From: Eledone cirrhosa
Taxonomy: Eukaryota
Direction: 5' to 3'
DNA length: 64,000 nucleotides
Assembly (NCBI GenBank): GCA_964016885.1
Contig: OZ024743.1
Span: forward strand, 279,186,001 to 279,250,000
Position 1 is the first letter of the stretch. Every line of letters starts with the position of its first letter. Of the stretch, positions 39,501-50,395 are shown one piece after another. A model generated the notes under the pieces. The model had not been told where the DNA came from. It saw only the letters and a program-made list of their open reading frames with translations, and searched no databases. A program made the translations under genes and the position numbers.

Positions 39501-42500
39501 AGAGCATTTATTCCAATTTCTAATTTCTGCCGGACCGGCAACCGCTCTTTCAAACCAGTTCCTGTACACAGCTAAGTATTCTATAAGTCTCTAGCTGTGT
39601 CATTCTCGATAAAAGCACTGGATATGTAGTCCTGATGAATTCTAACAAGAATGAAACGCGTAGATTACTTCCCTTGCTTTTATCGAGAATCTAATTGTAA
39701 TACGTGACGTATTCTATTCTATAGCGATTAGGTCTTCAAAATGTTTATTATAAACATACAGAATATTTTCGAATATTCTATGTCTATATTCATATATATA
39801 TCGCTATTTCAGAGCATTTATTCCAATTTCTAATTTCTGCCGGACCGGCAACCGCTCTTTCAAACCAGTTCCTGTACACAGCTAAGTATTCTATAAGTCT
39901 CTAGCTGTGTCATTCTCGATAAAAGCACTGGATATGTAGTCCTGATGAATTCTAACAAGAATGAAACGCGTAGATTACTTCCCTTGCTTTTATCGAGAAT
40001 CTAATTGTAATACGTGACGTATTCTATTCTATAGCGATTAGGTCTTCAAAATGTTTATTATAAACATACAGAATATTTTCGAATATTCTATGTCTATATT
40101 CATATATATATCGCTATTTCAGAGCATTTATTCCAATTTCTAATTTCTGCCGGACCGGCAACCGCTCTTTCAAACCAGTTCCTGTACACAGCTAAGTATT
40201 CTATAAGTCTCTAGCTGTGTCATTCTCGATAAAAGCACTGGATATGTAGTCCTGATGAATTCTAACAAGAATGAAACGCGTAGATTACTTCCCTTGCTTT
40301 TATCGAGAATCTAATTGTAATACGTGACGTATTCTATTCTATAGCGATTAGGTCTTCAAAATGTTTATTATAAACATACAGAATATTTTCGAATATTCTA
40401 TGTCTATATTCATATATATATCGCTATTTCAGAGCATTTATTCCAATTTCTAATTTCTGCCGGACCGGCAACCGCTCTTTCAAACCAGTTCCTGTACACA
40501 GCTAAGTATTCTATAAGTCTCTAGCTGTGTCATTCTCGATAAAAGCACTGGATATGTAGTCCTGATGAATTCTAACAAGAATGAAACGCGTAGATTACTT
40601 CCCTTGCTTTTATCGAGAATCTAATTGTAATACGTGACGTATTCTATTCTATAGCGATTAGGTCTTCAAAATGTTTATTATAAACATACAGAATATTTTC
40701 GAATATTCTATGTCTATATTCATATATATATCGCTATTTCAGAGCATTTATTCCAATTTCTAATTTCTGCCGGACCGGCAACCGCTCTTTCAAACCAGTT
40801 CCTGTACACAGCTAAGTATTCTATAAGTCTCTAGCTGTGTCATTCTCGATAAAAGCACTGGATATGTAGTCCTGATGAATTCTAACAAGAATGAAACGCG
40901 TAGATTACTTCCCTTGCTTTTATCGAGAATCTAATTGTAATACGTGACGTATTCTATTCTATAGCGATTAGGTCTTCAAAATGTTTATTATAAACATACA
41001 GAATATTTTCGAATATTCTATGTCTATATTCATATATATATCGCTATTTCAGAGCATTTATTCCAATTTCTAATTTCTGCCGGACCGGCAACCGCTCTTT
41101 CAAACCAGTTCCTGTACACAGCTAAGTATTCTATAAGTCTCTAGCTGTGTCATTCTCGATAAAAGCACTGGATATGTAGTCCTGATGAATTCTAACAAGA
41201 ATGAAACGCGTAGATTACTTCCCTTGCTTTTATCGAGAATCTAATTGTAATACGTGACGTATTCTATTCCATAGCGATTAGGTCTTCAAAATGTTTATTA
41301 TAAACATACAGAATATTTTCGAATATTCTATGTCTATATTCATATATATATCGCTATTTCAGAGCATTTATTCCAATTTCTAATTTCTGCCGGACCGGCA
41401 ACCGCTCTTTCAAACCAGTTCCTGTACACAGCTAAGTATTCTATAAGTCTCTAGCTGTGTCATTCTCGATAAAAGCACTGGATATGTAGTCCTGATGAAT
41501 TCTAACAAGAATGAAACGCGTAGATTACTTCCCTTGCTTTTATCGAGAATCTAATTGTAATACGTGACGTATTCTATTCTATAGCGATTAGGTCTTCAAA
41601 ATGTTTATTATAAACATACAGAATATTTTCGAATATTCTATGTCTATATTCATATATATATCGCTATTTCAGAGCATTTATTCCAATTTCTAATTTCTGC
41701 CGGACCGGCAACCGCTCTTTCAAACCAGTTCCTGTACACAGCTAAGTATTCTATAAGTCTCTAGCTGTGTCATTCTCGATAAAAGCACTGGATATGTAGT
41801 CCTGATGAATTCTAACAAGAATGAAACGCGTAGATTACTTCCCTTGCTTTTATCGAGAATCTAATTGTAATACGTGACGTATTCTATTCTATAGCGATTA
41901 GGTCTTCAAAATGTTTATTATAAACATACAGAATATTTTCGAATATTCTATGTCTATATTCATATATATATCGCTATTTCAGAGCATTTATTCCAATTTC
42001 TAATTTCTGCCGGACCGGCAACCGCTCTTTCAAACCAGTTCCTGTACACAGCTAAGTATTCTATAAGTCTCTAGCTGTGTCATTCTCGATAAAAGCACTG
42101 GATATGTAGTCCTGATGAATTCTAACAAGAATGAAACGCGTAGATTACTTCCCTTGCTTTTATCGAGAATCTAATTGTAATACGTGACGTATTCTATTCT
42201 ATAGCGATTAGGTCTTCAAAATGTTTATTATAAACATACAGAATATTTTCGAATATTCTATGTCTATATTCATATATATATCGCTATTTCAGAGCATTTA
42301 TTCCAATTTCTAATTTCTGCCGGACCGGCAACCGCTCTTTCAAACCAGTTCCTGTACACAGCTAAGTATTCTATAAGTCTCTAGCTGTGTCATTCTCGAT
42401 AAAAGCACTGGATATGTAGTCCTGATGAATTCTAACAAGAATGAAACGCGTAGATTACTTCCCTTGCTTTTATCGAGAATCTAATTGTAATACGTGACGT

Positions 42501-42925
42501 ATTCTATTCTATAGCGATTAGGTCTTCAAAATGTTTATTATAAACATACAGAATATTTTCGAATATTCTATGTCTATATTCATATATATATCGCTATTTC
42601 AGAGCATTTATTCCAATTTCTAATTTCTGCCGGACCGGCAACCGCTCTTTCAAACCAGTTCCTGTACACAGCTAAGTATTCTATAAGTCTCTAGCTGTGT
42701 CATTCTCGATAAAAGCACTGGATATGTAGTCCTGATGAATTCTAACAAGAATGAAACGCGTAGATTACTTCCCTTGCTTTTATCGAGAATCTAATTGTAA
42801 TACGTGACGTATTCTATTCTATAGCGATTAGGTCTTCAAAATGTTTATTATAAACATACAGAATATTTTCGAATATTCTATGTCTATATTCATATATATA
42901 TCGCTATTTCAGAGCATTTATTCCA

Positions 42926-42927
<2 letters not shown>
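36532..42927 (+). repeat. Tandem array of 310-bp hammerhead-containing units (~20.6 copies); putative non-LTR retrozyme
   Basis: CTGATGAATTCT recurs every 310 bp from 36532 to 42732 (21 cores); units look identical apart from T>C at 39100 and 41270; ends in (TA)n. Confidence 0.95.
36836..36878 (+). ncRNA. Type I hammerhead ribozyme (representative; repeated every 310 bp)
   Basis: Stem I GTAGTC/GATTAC, core CTGATGA, stem II ATTCT-aaca-AGAAT, GAAA, minimal palindromic stem III ACGCGT, GUA cleavage after 36872; perfect 16-bp stem I extension 36812-36827/36885-36900. Confidence 0.9.
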
Positions 42928-42998
<71 letters not shown>

Positions 42999-43001
<3 letters not shown>

Positions 43002-43756
43002 GTTATTCCGGGTTGAAACGGAGGTAACCACAGTAAGTAAGGTACTCAATACATAGCAGAGTATAACAGTTTTAATATAGAAGAGATTCTACAGGACTAG
43101 AACTGTTTCATTCATAAGAAATCATCAGGAATCTGGGTCAGCATGGTTTCTTGATGATGGTTATAAGGGGCACAGAGAGTGCTAAAATGTACGTTATTCC
43201 GGGTTGAAACGGAGGTAACCACAGTAAGTAAGGTACTCAATACATAGCAGAGTATAACAGTTTTAATATAGAAGAGATTCTACAGGACTAGAACTGTTTC
43301 ATTCATAAGAAATCATCAGGAATCTGGGTCAGCATGGTTTCTTGATGATGGTTATAAGGGGCACAGAGAGTGCTAAAATGTACGTTATTCCGGGTTGAAA
43401 CGGAGGTAACCACAGTAAGTAAGGTACTCAATACATAGCAGAGTATAACAGTTTTAATATAGAAGAGATTCTACAGGACTAGAACTGTTTCATTCATAAG
43501 AAATCATCAGGAATCTGGGTCAGCATGGTTTCTTGATGATGGTTATAAGGGGCACAGAGAGTGCTAAAGTGTACGTTATTCCGGGTTGAAACGGAGGTAA
43601 CCACAGTAAGTAAGGTACTCAATACATAGCAGAGTATAACAGTTTTAATATAGAAGAGAATCTACAGGACTAGAACTGTTTCATTCATAAGAAATCATCA
43701 GGAATCTGGCTCAGCATGGTTTCTTGATGATGGTTATAAGGGGCACAGAGAGTGCT
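42999..43756 (-). repeat. Tandem array of 191-bp hammerhead-containing units (~4 copies); second putative retrozyme family
   Basis: CGTTATTCCGG at 43001, 43192, 43383, 43574; minus-strand hammerhead in each unit (first at 43084-43134). Confidence 0.93.
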
Positions 43757-43996
43757 TTCTTATGAATGAAACAGTTCTAGTCCTGTAGAATCTCTTCTAT
43801 ATTAAAACTGTTATACTCTGCTATGTATTGAGTACCTTACTTACTGTGGTTACCTCCGTTTCAACCCGGAATAACGTACATTTTAGCACTCTCTGTGCCC
43901 CTTATAACCATCATCAAGAAACCATGCTGACCCAGATTCCTGATGATTTCTTATGAATGAAACAGTTCTAGTCCTGTAGAATCTCTTCTATATTAA

Positions 43997-44000
<4 letters not shown>
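43756..44000 (+). repeat. Inverted ~1.3-unit arm of the 191-bp array
   Basis: Reverse complement of the unit; ends in (TA)n. Confidence 0.93.
43934..43984 (+). ncRNA. Type I hammerhead ribozyme of the 191-bp family
   Basis: Stem I AGATTC/GAATCT, CTGATGA, stem II T-TTC-ttat-GAA-T, GAAA, stem III ACAG-ttctagtc-CTGT, GUA cleavage after 43978. Confidence 0.85.
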
Positions 44001-44071
<71 letters not shown>

Positions 44072-44198
44072 AATATATATATATATATTTAATTATGTAA
44101 TAAATAACATGTGATAATTATTCCATTTACCAAAGGTTTTCTGAAGACAAGCGAGCTCAACAGAGAATGTCTGAACAGAATGAACATTTATGAACGTA

Positions 44199-44236
<38 letters not shown>

Positions 44237-44325
44237 TTGTTGAGTGCTCTAAATCTGCTATAACCATTTATACCCTTTTCTAAATATATATGTATATATA
44301 TTTTTTATTTATTATTTGTCGTATT

Positions 44326-45944
44326 ACACAGGGGAGAACAACAACAGCAATAGCAGCAGCAACACCAACAAGAACAACAACAGTGACAACACCAACAAGA
44401 ACACCTTCGCTGCTGTGGCAGCGGCTAAAAGGAGACCATGCTACAGCATCGACTTAACCAACAGAGAGGAAAAGTTGGCCCAGGCCTGGAAAATCATAAA
44501 TCAAGAGCAGACCTGGGCAAACTTAACTGTCCCGGCAGAAGCCATTGAGGCAGTGGAAAAAAGAACGGTGCATTTCAGATGCATCTCAGTAGAGACAAAG
44601 AGGGCAGCGATAATCGCCCAAGCTGATATAGAAGCCGCACTGAAATACATCAGAGAGGACACAGACTTCATAGAGAGGGGCAGGCAATACGGCACCGTTT
44701 CGGTGCTGTTCAAGTCTGAAGCCCTCGCTGTGAAGCATTCAATGACCCCTTGCAAAACCAGCAAGGTTATAATGTACCCCTCCCACATGGGAAAACGAAT
44801 AGCACGTGTGCGCATTCCCAGGATTCCACCAGGACTTGATATGTGGTGGCTCCTGGGTTGCGTAATCGTGGAAGGAACGGATACAGTCCCGGTAGAGGCA
44901 ACGAGAACTGCCAGGGACGACTGGTCCGGGGTTGATCTGGAGATACTGCTCCAAATCAGACCCGAAAACGTAAAAGCAATCCCGGACCACATCCGCCTCC
45001 AAAACGGGAGGGTGTTGCATATAATGACTGAGGGCAAAAGGCCGCATTGTTTCCTTTGTGGGGAAACGACACACTTTCGAGCCTTCTGCCCTCAACTGCC
45101 GAAAAGCGCAAGGGGTCGAAAGATTCCACTGCTGGCGACGCCGGGACAAGGACCACCAGCAACACCGTCAACAATGGAACCACCAAAATTGCACACCCAG
45201 GGGGGAAACGAGGAAAGCTCTCCCATTCCCCCTCCCCCCCAAAATACACACACGAACAAGAACATAAACACTCACTCAGACACAAACACGCTCACAGCCA
45301 CAGACGCCTCATCCTCCAGCAGTGAAGATGAGGGAAAACCAAAGTCCCCCAAAATACAAAAAACAAAACACAAAAGAAAAGAAATCCACAAAGCACAAAC
45401 ACCCCCACAAAAAAAAAATACACACACCACCCACACAAACATTTTCCCCACAGCATCACCAACACAACCACCAAAATCCCCCAAACGCAAACAAGCTAAA
45501 CAGACACAAGAACAAATAGACACACAAACATCAGAAACTACAGACACCCCACCCACAACAAACGCAGACACAATAGAAACAACACTAACAAAGCTATCAC
45601 CACCACAATCACACGAACAAATAAAACCCGAGCAACAAAACATTAAAAACTTCGTGCTTGCCAGAAGGGCCAACAAGGAATTGATGGCCCATGTAGCACG
45701 AAGCACAAACATCGAAAAAGACGGGGAAACATTTGAAGCGAGCACATTTCGCGTACCAGATAATTTGCTTCTGATGCGAATGTCGCTCGCTTCATACAAA
45801 GAAATTCGAAAGAGCTTTCCTCGGGATGTGGGAACCCCGAACGTAAAACCTACGTCAAGACTATTAAAGGGGTTCCCAAAAGAAACCCCACAAACCATGG
45901 AGGTCGAACCACCCGACCTTCACAAGACCCCGGAAGGTAAGTAA
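44326..45944 (+). CDS. Tx1-like ORF1 (open but missing its N-terminus), CCHC zinc knuckle
   Basis: CFLCGETTHFRAFC; the ORF-track start at 44316 lies inside the TSD and is not a real start. Confidence 0.8.
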
Positions 45945-45973
45945 ACCTTTCCTCTCCCATTCATCCTGCCAGC

Positions 45974-48900
45974 ATGGCCATAAGAGTAGGAAGTTTAAAT
46001 GTTCGTGGCCTGGGGTCGCCCTGGAAGCAAGGTCACTTGCTCAACGACCTCAGGTCACTAGGAATGGATGTAATTGCCATCAGCGAGACCAGAATTTCCG
46101 ACACACGCGCACTGGCGCCGATTTTCGACGATTATCAGATCTTTGCATCTGTTAGTCGGCCGGGAATGGGAGGTGGAGTGGCTGTGCTGTTTAGGAAATG
46201 TCTGGATCTCGAGGTAAGGTCAATCTTCCGGGATCCTGACGGAAAGTTGGTGGTCCTGGACGTGAGCAATAGCGAAGGTGGTGCCTTTAGACTGGTGGCC
46301 GTCTACGCCCCTACTGGGGCCGGTCGGCCGGACTTCTTTAGGCGCCTGGAAAACTTTCTGCTTACGTCTCGCCCTTTGCTGTTAATAGGGGATTGGAATG
46401 GCATCTTAGAAGCACGCTGGGATTGTGTGGGAGTATCTGATAGGAGCGGGGGGTGCAAAAGCCTCAAGTACCTGATCAGCCAGTTTCAACTGTCTGACAG
46501 GTACCGACTAGATTTCCCTAATGCGCCAGTATGGACCTGGACCAATCGCATAGGGTCATCTAGATCGTACATAGATAGGATTTTCATTAGGAAAAGAGAT
46601 AGAAATAGTGTAGGATGTCCACATTTTAAAACGGTTGCCTATTCAGATCACAAGCTTGTGATCTGTATGGTCGACCTAGATAAGACACGTAGGTTAGGAC
46701 CTAGCTACTGGAAGCTAAACATGTCGTTTCCGGCACGTAAAGCTTACAGGGACCGGGTCAACAACTTAGTTAAGCAAAAGTTGACAGGGGGGGTTGTCAA
46801 CAACAGGTGGTGGGGGCACTCAAAAGAGAGATTAGAGCAACCTCGATAGGATTTAGCAAAGAAGTAGCAATAGAGAAAAATAGAAAGGAGGAGGGGCTGA
46901 TAGCTAAGTTAGACGAGGCTATTTGTAGTGGCATTGCAACAGACGTGCTAGCGGCGAGAATGGCACTAGACCATTTCTTCAATGCGAAACACGAAGGTTG
47001 CATTGTCAGAGCTAAGGCGCGTGCTCTGAGGAACGAGGGAACCAAAGCTGCCCGATGGGCTCGCTTTGCAGAGACGCAGCGTGGAAATAAAACCACAATT
47101 CGGTCTTTGACGGATCGAGATGGACACGAACTGAGCGATTCCAAGCAGATGTGTGAGGCCTTTCGCCAGCACTTTGCTCGATTGTTCGGGAGGATGGGTG
47201 AGTCGGAGACGGCGGCGGACTTCAGTCCCTACCTCGACGGCTTGCCACGCCTCTCGACGGCCGACGCTGAGCGCTGCGAAGAGCCGATAACATCAGTCGA
47301 AATTCAGGACGCCCTTGTCGGCTGCTCGAGTCGCAAGTCACCCGGTCTGGATGGTCTGCCCTACGAGCTTTACGTAAATATGCCAGACTTGTTCTCCGAT
47401 CTCCTCGAAGCGCTCTACTGCAACTGGCAGCAGAACGGGAGCATTCCCAGTTCTGTGAGCCGTGGCGTAGTGACGCTGATAAGGAAAGACGAGAACAAGA
47501 GGGACACACTAGATAATTTCAGGCCCATAACCCTGCTCAACACAGAGTTTAAGATTTTGGCCAAGGTGTTAGCGAAAAGGTTGGCGCTTGTCGTCAAAGA
47601 TTTGGTTGGGGAGGCGCAAACTTGCGCAATCCCGACCAGGTCCATACACGACAACCTCCACCTCATGCGATACATCATAGAGAGGGTTGGGTGCAAACCT
47701 GGCTTCGGTGGGGCTCTGATCAATTTAGATCAATCGAAAGCATTCGATAGGGTCGACCATCGGTACTTGGAGGCTGTCCTCGAGGCGGCTGGCTTCGGCC
47801 CCGTCTTCAGAAGCTGGATCGCTGCAATGTACAGCGGCATCCGCTCGGTGGTCAAAGTTAATGGCCACCTCTCGGAACCGTTTCAGATCTCTCGATCGGT
47901 CCGTCAAGGGTGCCCTCTCTCCTCACTTCTGTACGTATTGACTCTTGAGCCTCTACTGCGGAAGCTGGAGTTGTTGCAGGGCATCCCGCTCGAACCGGGA
48001 CGTAGAAAGGCTGCGTCCGCTTATGCGGACGACATCACCGTGATGGTGTCGGAGACCTCGGAAATCGAGGTGATCCGCACCCATTTGGAGGAATATGAAA
48101 GGTTGACGGGAGCAAAACTTAACCCGGAAAAGTCGGTGGGCTTGCAGCTCGGCACCTGGAGAGGCAAGTCCATGCCGTCCAACAGCGTCGTTGGGCGCTG
48201 GACAGACGGACCGGTAAAGTTGCTCGGGGTTTGGTTCGGACCAGACCTCCAGGTGGATAAGAATTGGGACGAGGTGACGAGCAGGATAGCCAACCTCACC
48301 CAGAAATGGGCTGAGAGAAAGCTATCACTGAAAGGGCGGGCGGAGGTGGCGAACGCGTACATCGCGTCCGTCATCTACTACCGCCTGACCGTCGTGCCTT
48401 GCCCCCGTCCACGCCTCGCCAATTTGGAACGGCTCCTTTTCAAATTTTTGTGGAGGGGACGGGTCCCGTTGGTGAGGCGGTCCATCTGCTGCCAGCACCC
48501 TCTTCGTGGAGGGCTGGGCATGCCGTGGCTAATGATGCGCAGACATGCGCTGAGGCTGCGACATCTCCAGATATTTTGCCTAAACGGTGAACAGGTGTGG
48601 TCGCCGTTTGTTAGACGGGCCTTTCCGCAGCTCATCTCTTTGACTGAGCTGCAGTCCTGGGTCAAGAAGAGACCGAGACTGGGCGACTGGCATCTGGAAT
48701 GTTGCCAGGCGCTCACTGCACTCTGCAGGGTGGGCAATGCGGTCAGTGGAACTTCCACTCAAGATTTCTATAGAGGATTAGTGGAGGGCAAGTGCGATGA
48801 CGTACTAGGAGAGGCTCTGGGCGTCAACGAAGTAGAACTGACCAGTATGTTCCGGAGGACTTTCGAGCCGGGGACGATGGATAACTTCCAGAAATCCCTC

Positions 48901-49392
48901 GCTTGGCAGTGCTACCGGGGGGCGCTGCCGGTTCGGGATAAACTCTACAGGCACGGAAGTGCTGTCAGACGAACCTGCCCGAGATGCGCGCAGAGCGACG
49001 AAACCGTTCTGCACGCACTCGTCCAGTGTCCGTGCATTGCTGACTTGTGGGGTTATGTCGAACAGCTATTGTCGCGTGTAGAACGGATCCGGCTATCGTC
49101 CGAGTCCATAGTGAAGATTGACCCGCCGCCTTCTTTTGGTCAGGAAGGGCAGGCAATTTTCCTCTGCCTGGTGGCAGTAGCGAAAGAGGTTGCATGGTGG
49201 ACCAGGTTGAAAGGACTGAAGACAGACACTTTTCTCTTCGGCCAATCCCTCATCAACTTCTTCAAGTTTCACTTGGAAAGGAAGGTGAGGGTGGAGAGAG
49301 AAGTGCTGCCCCCCAGTACATTTACTGAAAGGTGGGTGAATGTGGCGAGAATGGCCCGTGTGAGTGGGCCTACTCTGATCATGCGCCTGTAG
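45974..49392 (+). CDS. Tx1-like ORF2 (APE, RT, zinc finger) with one frameshift near 46810
   Basis: SLNVRGL, ISETR, GDWN, YID, SDH; RQGCPLS, AYADD, CPRC..H...C; the two ORFs join at a G-run. Confidence 0.9.
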
Positions 49393-49669
49393 GCTGGTGA
49401 ATTCGAGAAGGAGAGGGGTGCCCTTCCCGGGTGCCCTAGGAGCGTCGGGTGGCTCAGGACTGGTGGGGTGCTTGAGTCAACCCTGGGTGGTGATCCCTCT
49501 TATTGGGGAACTTTCATTGTTGTATTTTTATTGTTATTTTGTTTTTTTGTTATTTATACTTACTCGATCTCTATGTAAACCCCCACTGTCCCTGTCTATT
49601 GTGTTGTCCCCTATATGTCGGCCCTTGTGGCCAATAAATGAAATCATTATTTGTCGTATTCCCAACTTT

Positions 49670-49815
49670 TTATTTTCATTTTTATTTTTATTTTTATTTT
49701 TATTTTTATTTTTATTTTTATTTTTATTTTTATTTTTATTTTTATTTTTATTTTTATTTTTATTTTTATTTTTATTTTTATTTTTATTTTTATTTTTATT
49801 TTTATTTTTATTTTT
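49670..49815. repeat. (TTTTTA)n repeat, followed by (TA)n/(TG)n tracts to ~50262
   Basis: Directly visible. Confidence 0.95.
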
Positions 49816-49883
49816 ATATATACAATATTTTTTTATATATACAATATTTATTTTTTATATATATATATAATAATTATGTTCTT

Positions 49884-49970
<87 letters not shown>

Positions 49971-50076
49971 GTTATATGTGTGTGTGTGTGTGTATGTACG
50001 TATGCATACGTATGTGTATGTATATATGTGTGTGTAGGTATATATGTGTATGTGAGTATGTATGTGTATGTATGCG

Positions 50077-50146
<70 letters not shown>

Positions 50147-50206
50147 AGAGTTAAATAAGGTTCATATGAATCATCTAAGAATGAGTTTTACACACATATA
50201 TATATA

Positions 50207-50266
<60 letters not shown>

Positions 50267-50395
50267 ATACAAAATTAGTCAGGTTCGATCTATAATAGGT
50301 CTTGCCTCGAGTTGATCGAAAGTTAAACATATGTAATATGTTATTAAATATGTTATGATGTAACACTGAATCTTTGTTCCTTATCCTTATACTAT

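Larger units (their letters stand above)
44326..49645 (+). mobile_element. Young Tx1/L1-clade LINE, 5'-truncated within ORF1, with 15-bp TSD
   Basis: TSD ATTATTTGTCGTATT at 44311-44325 and 49646-49660; AATAAA near the 3' end. Confidence 0.95.

Noticed and set aside
36532-42927. CRISPR array or coding tandem repeat
   Set aside because: Units are identical with no variable spacers, there are no cas genes, the context is eukaryotic, and the unit has no sizeable ORF (42841-43056 is read-through into (TA)n)
36532-42927. Ordinary centromeric satellite, or 5S/snRNA gene array
   Set aside because: No resemblance to 5S, U snRNA or tRNA by eye; the intact hammerhead, inverted arm and dispersed relative fit a retrozyme better
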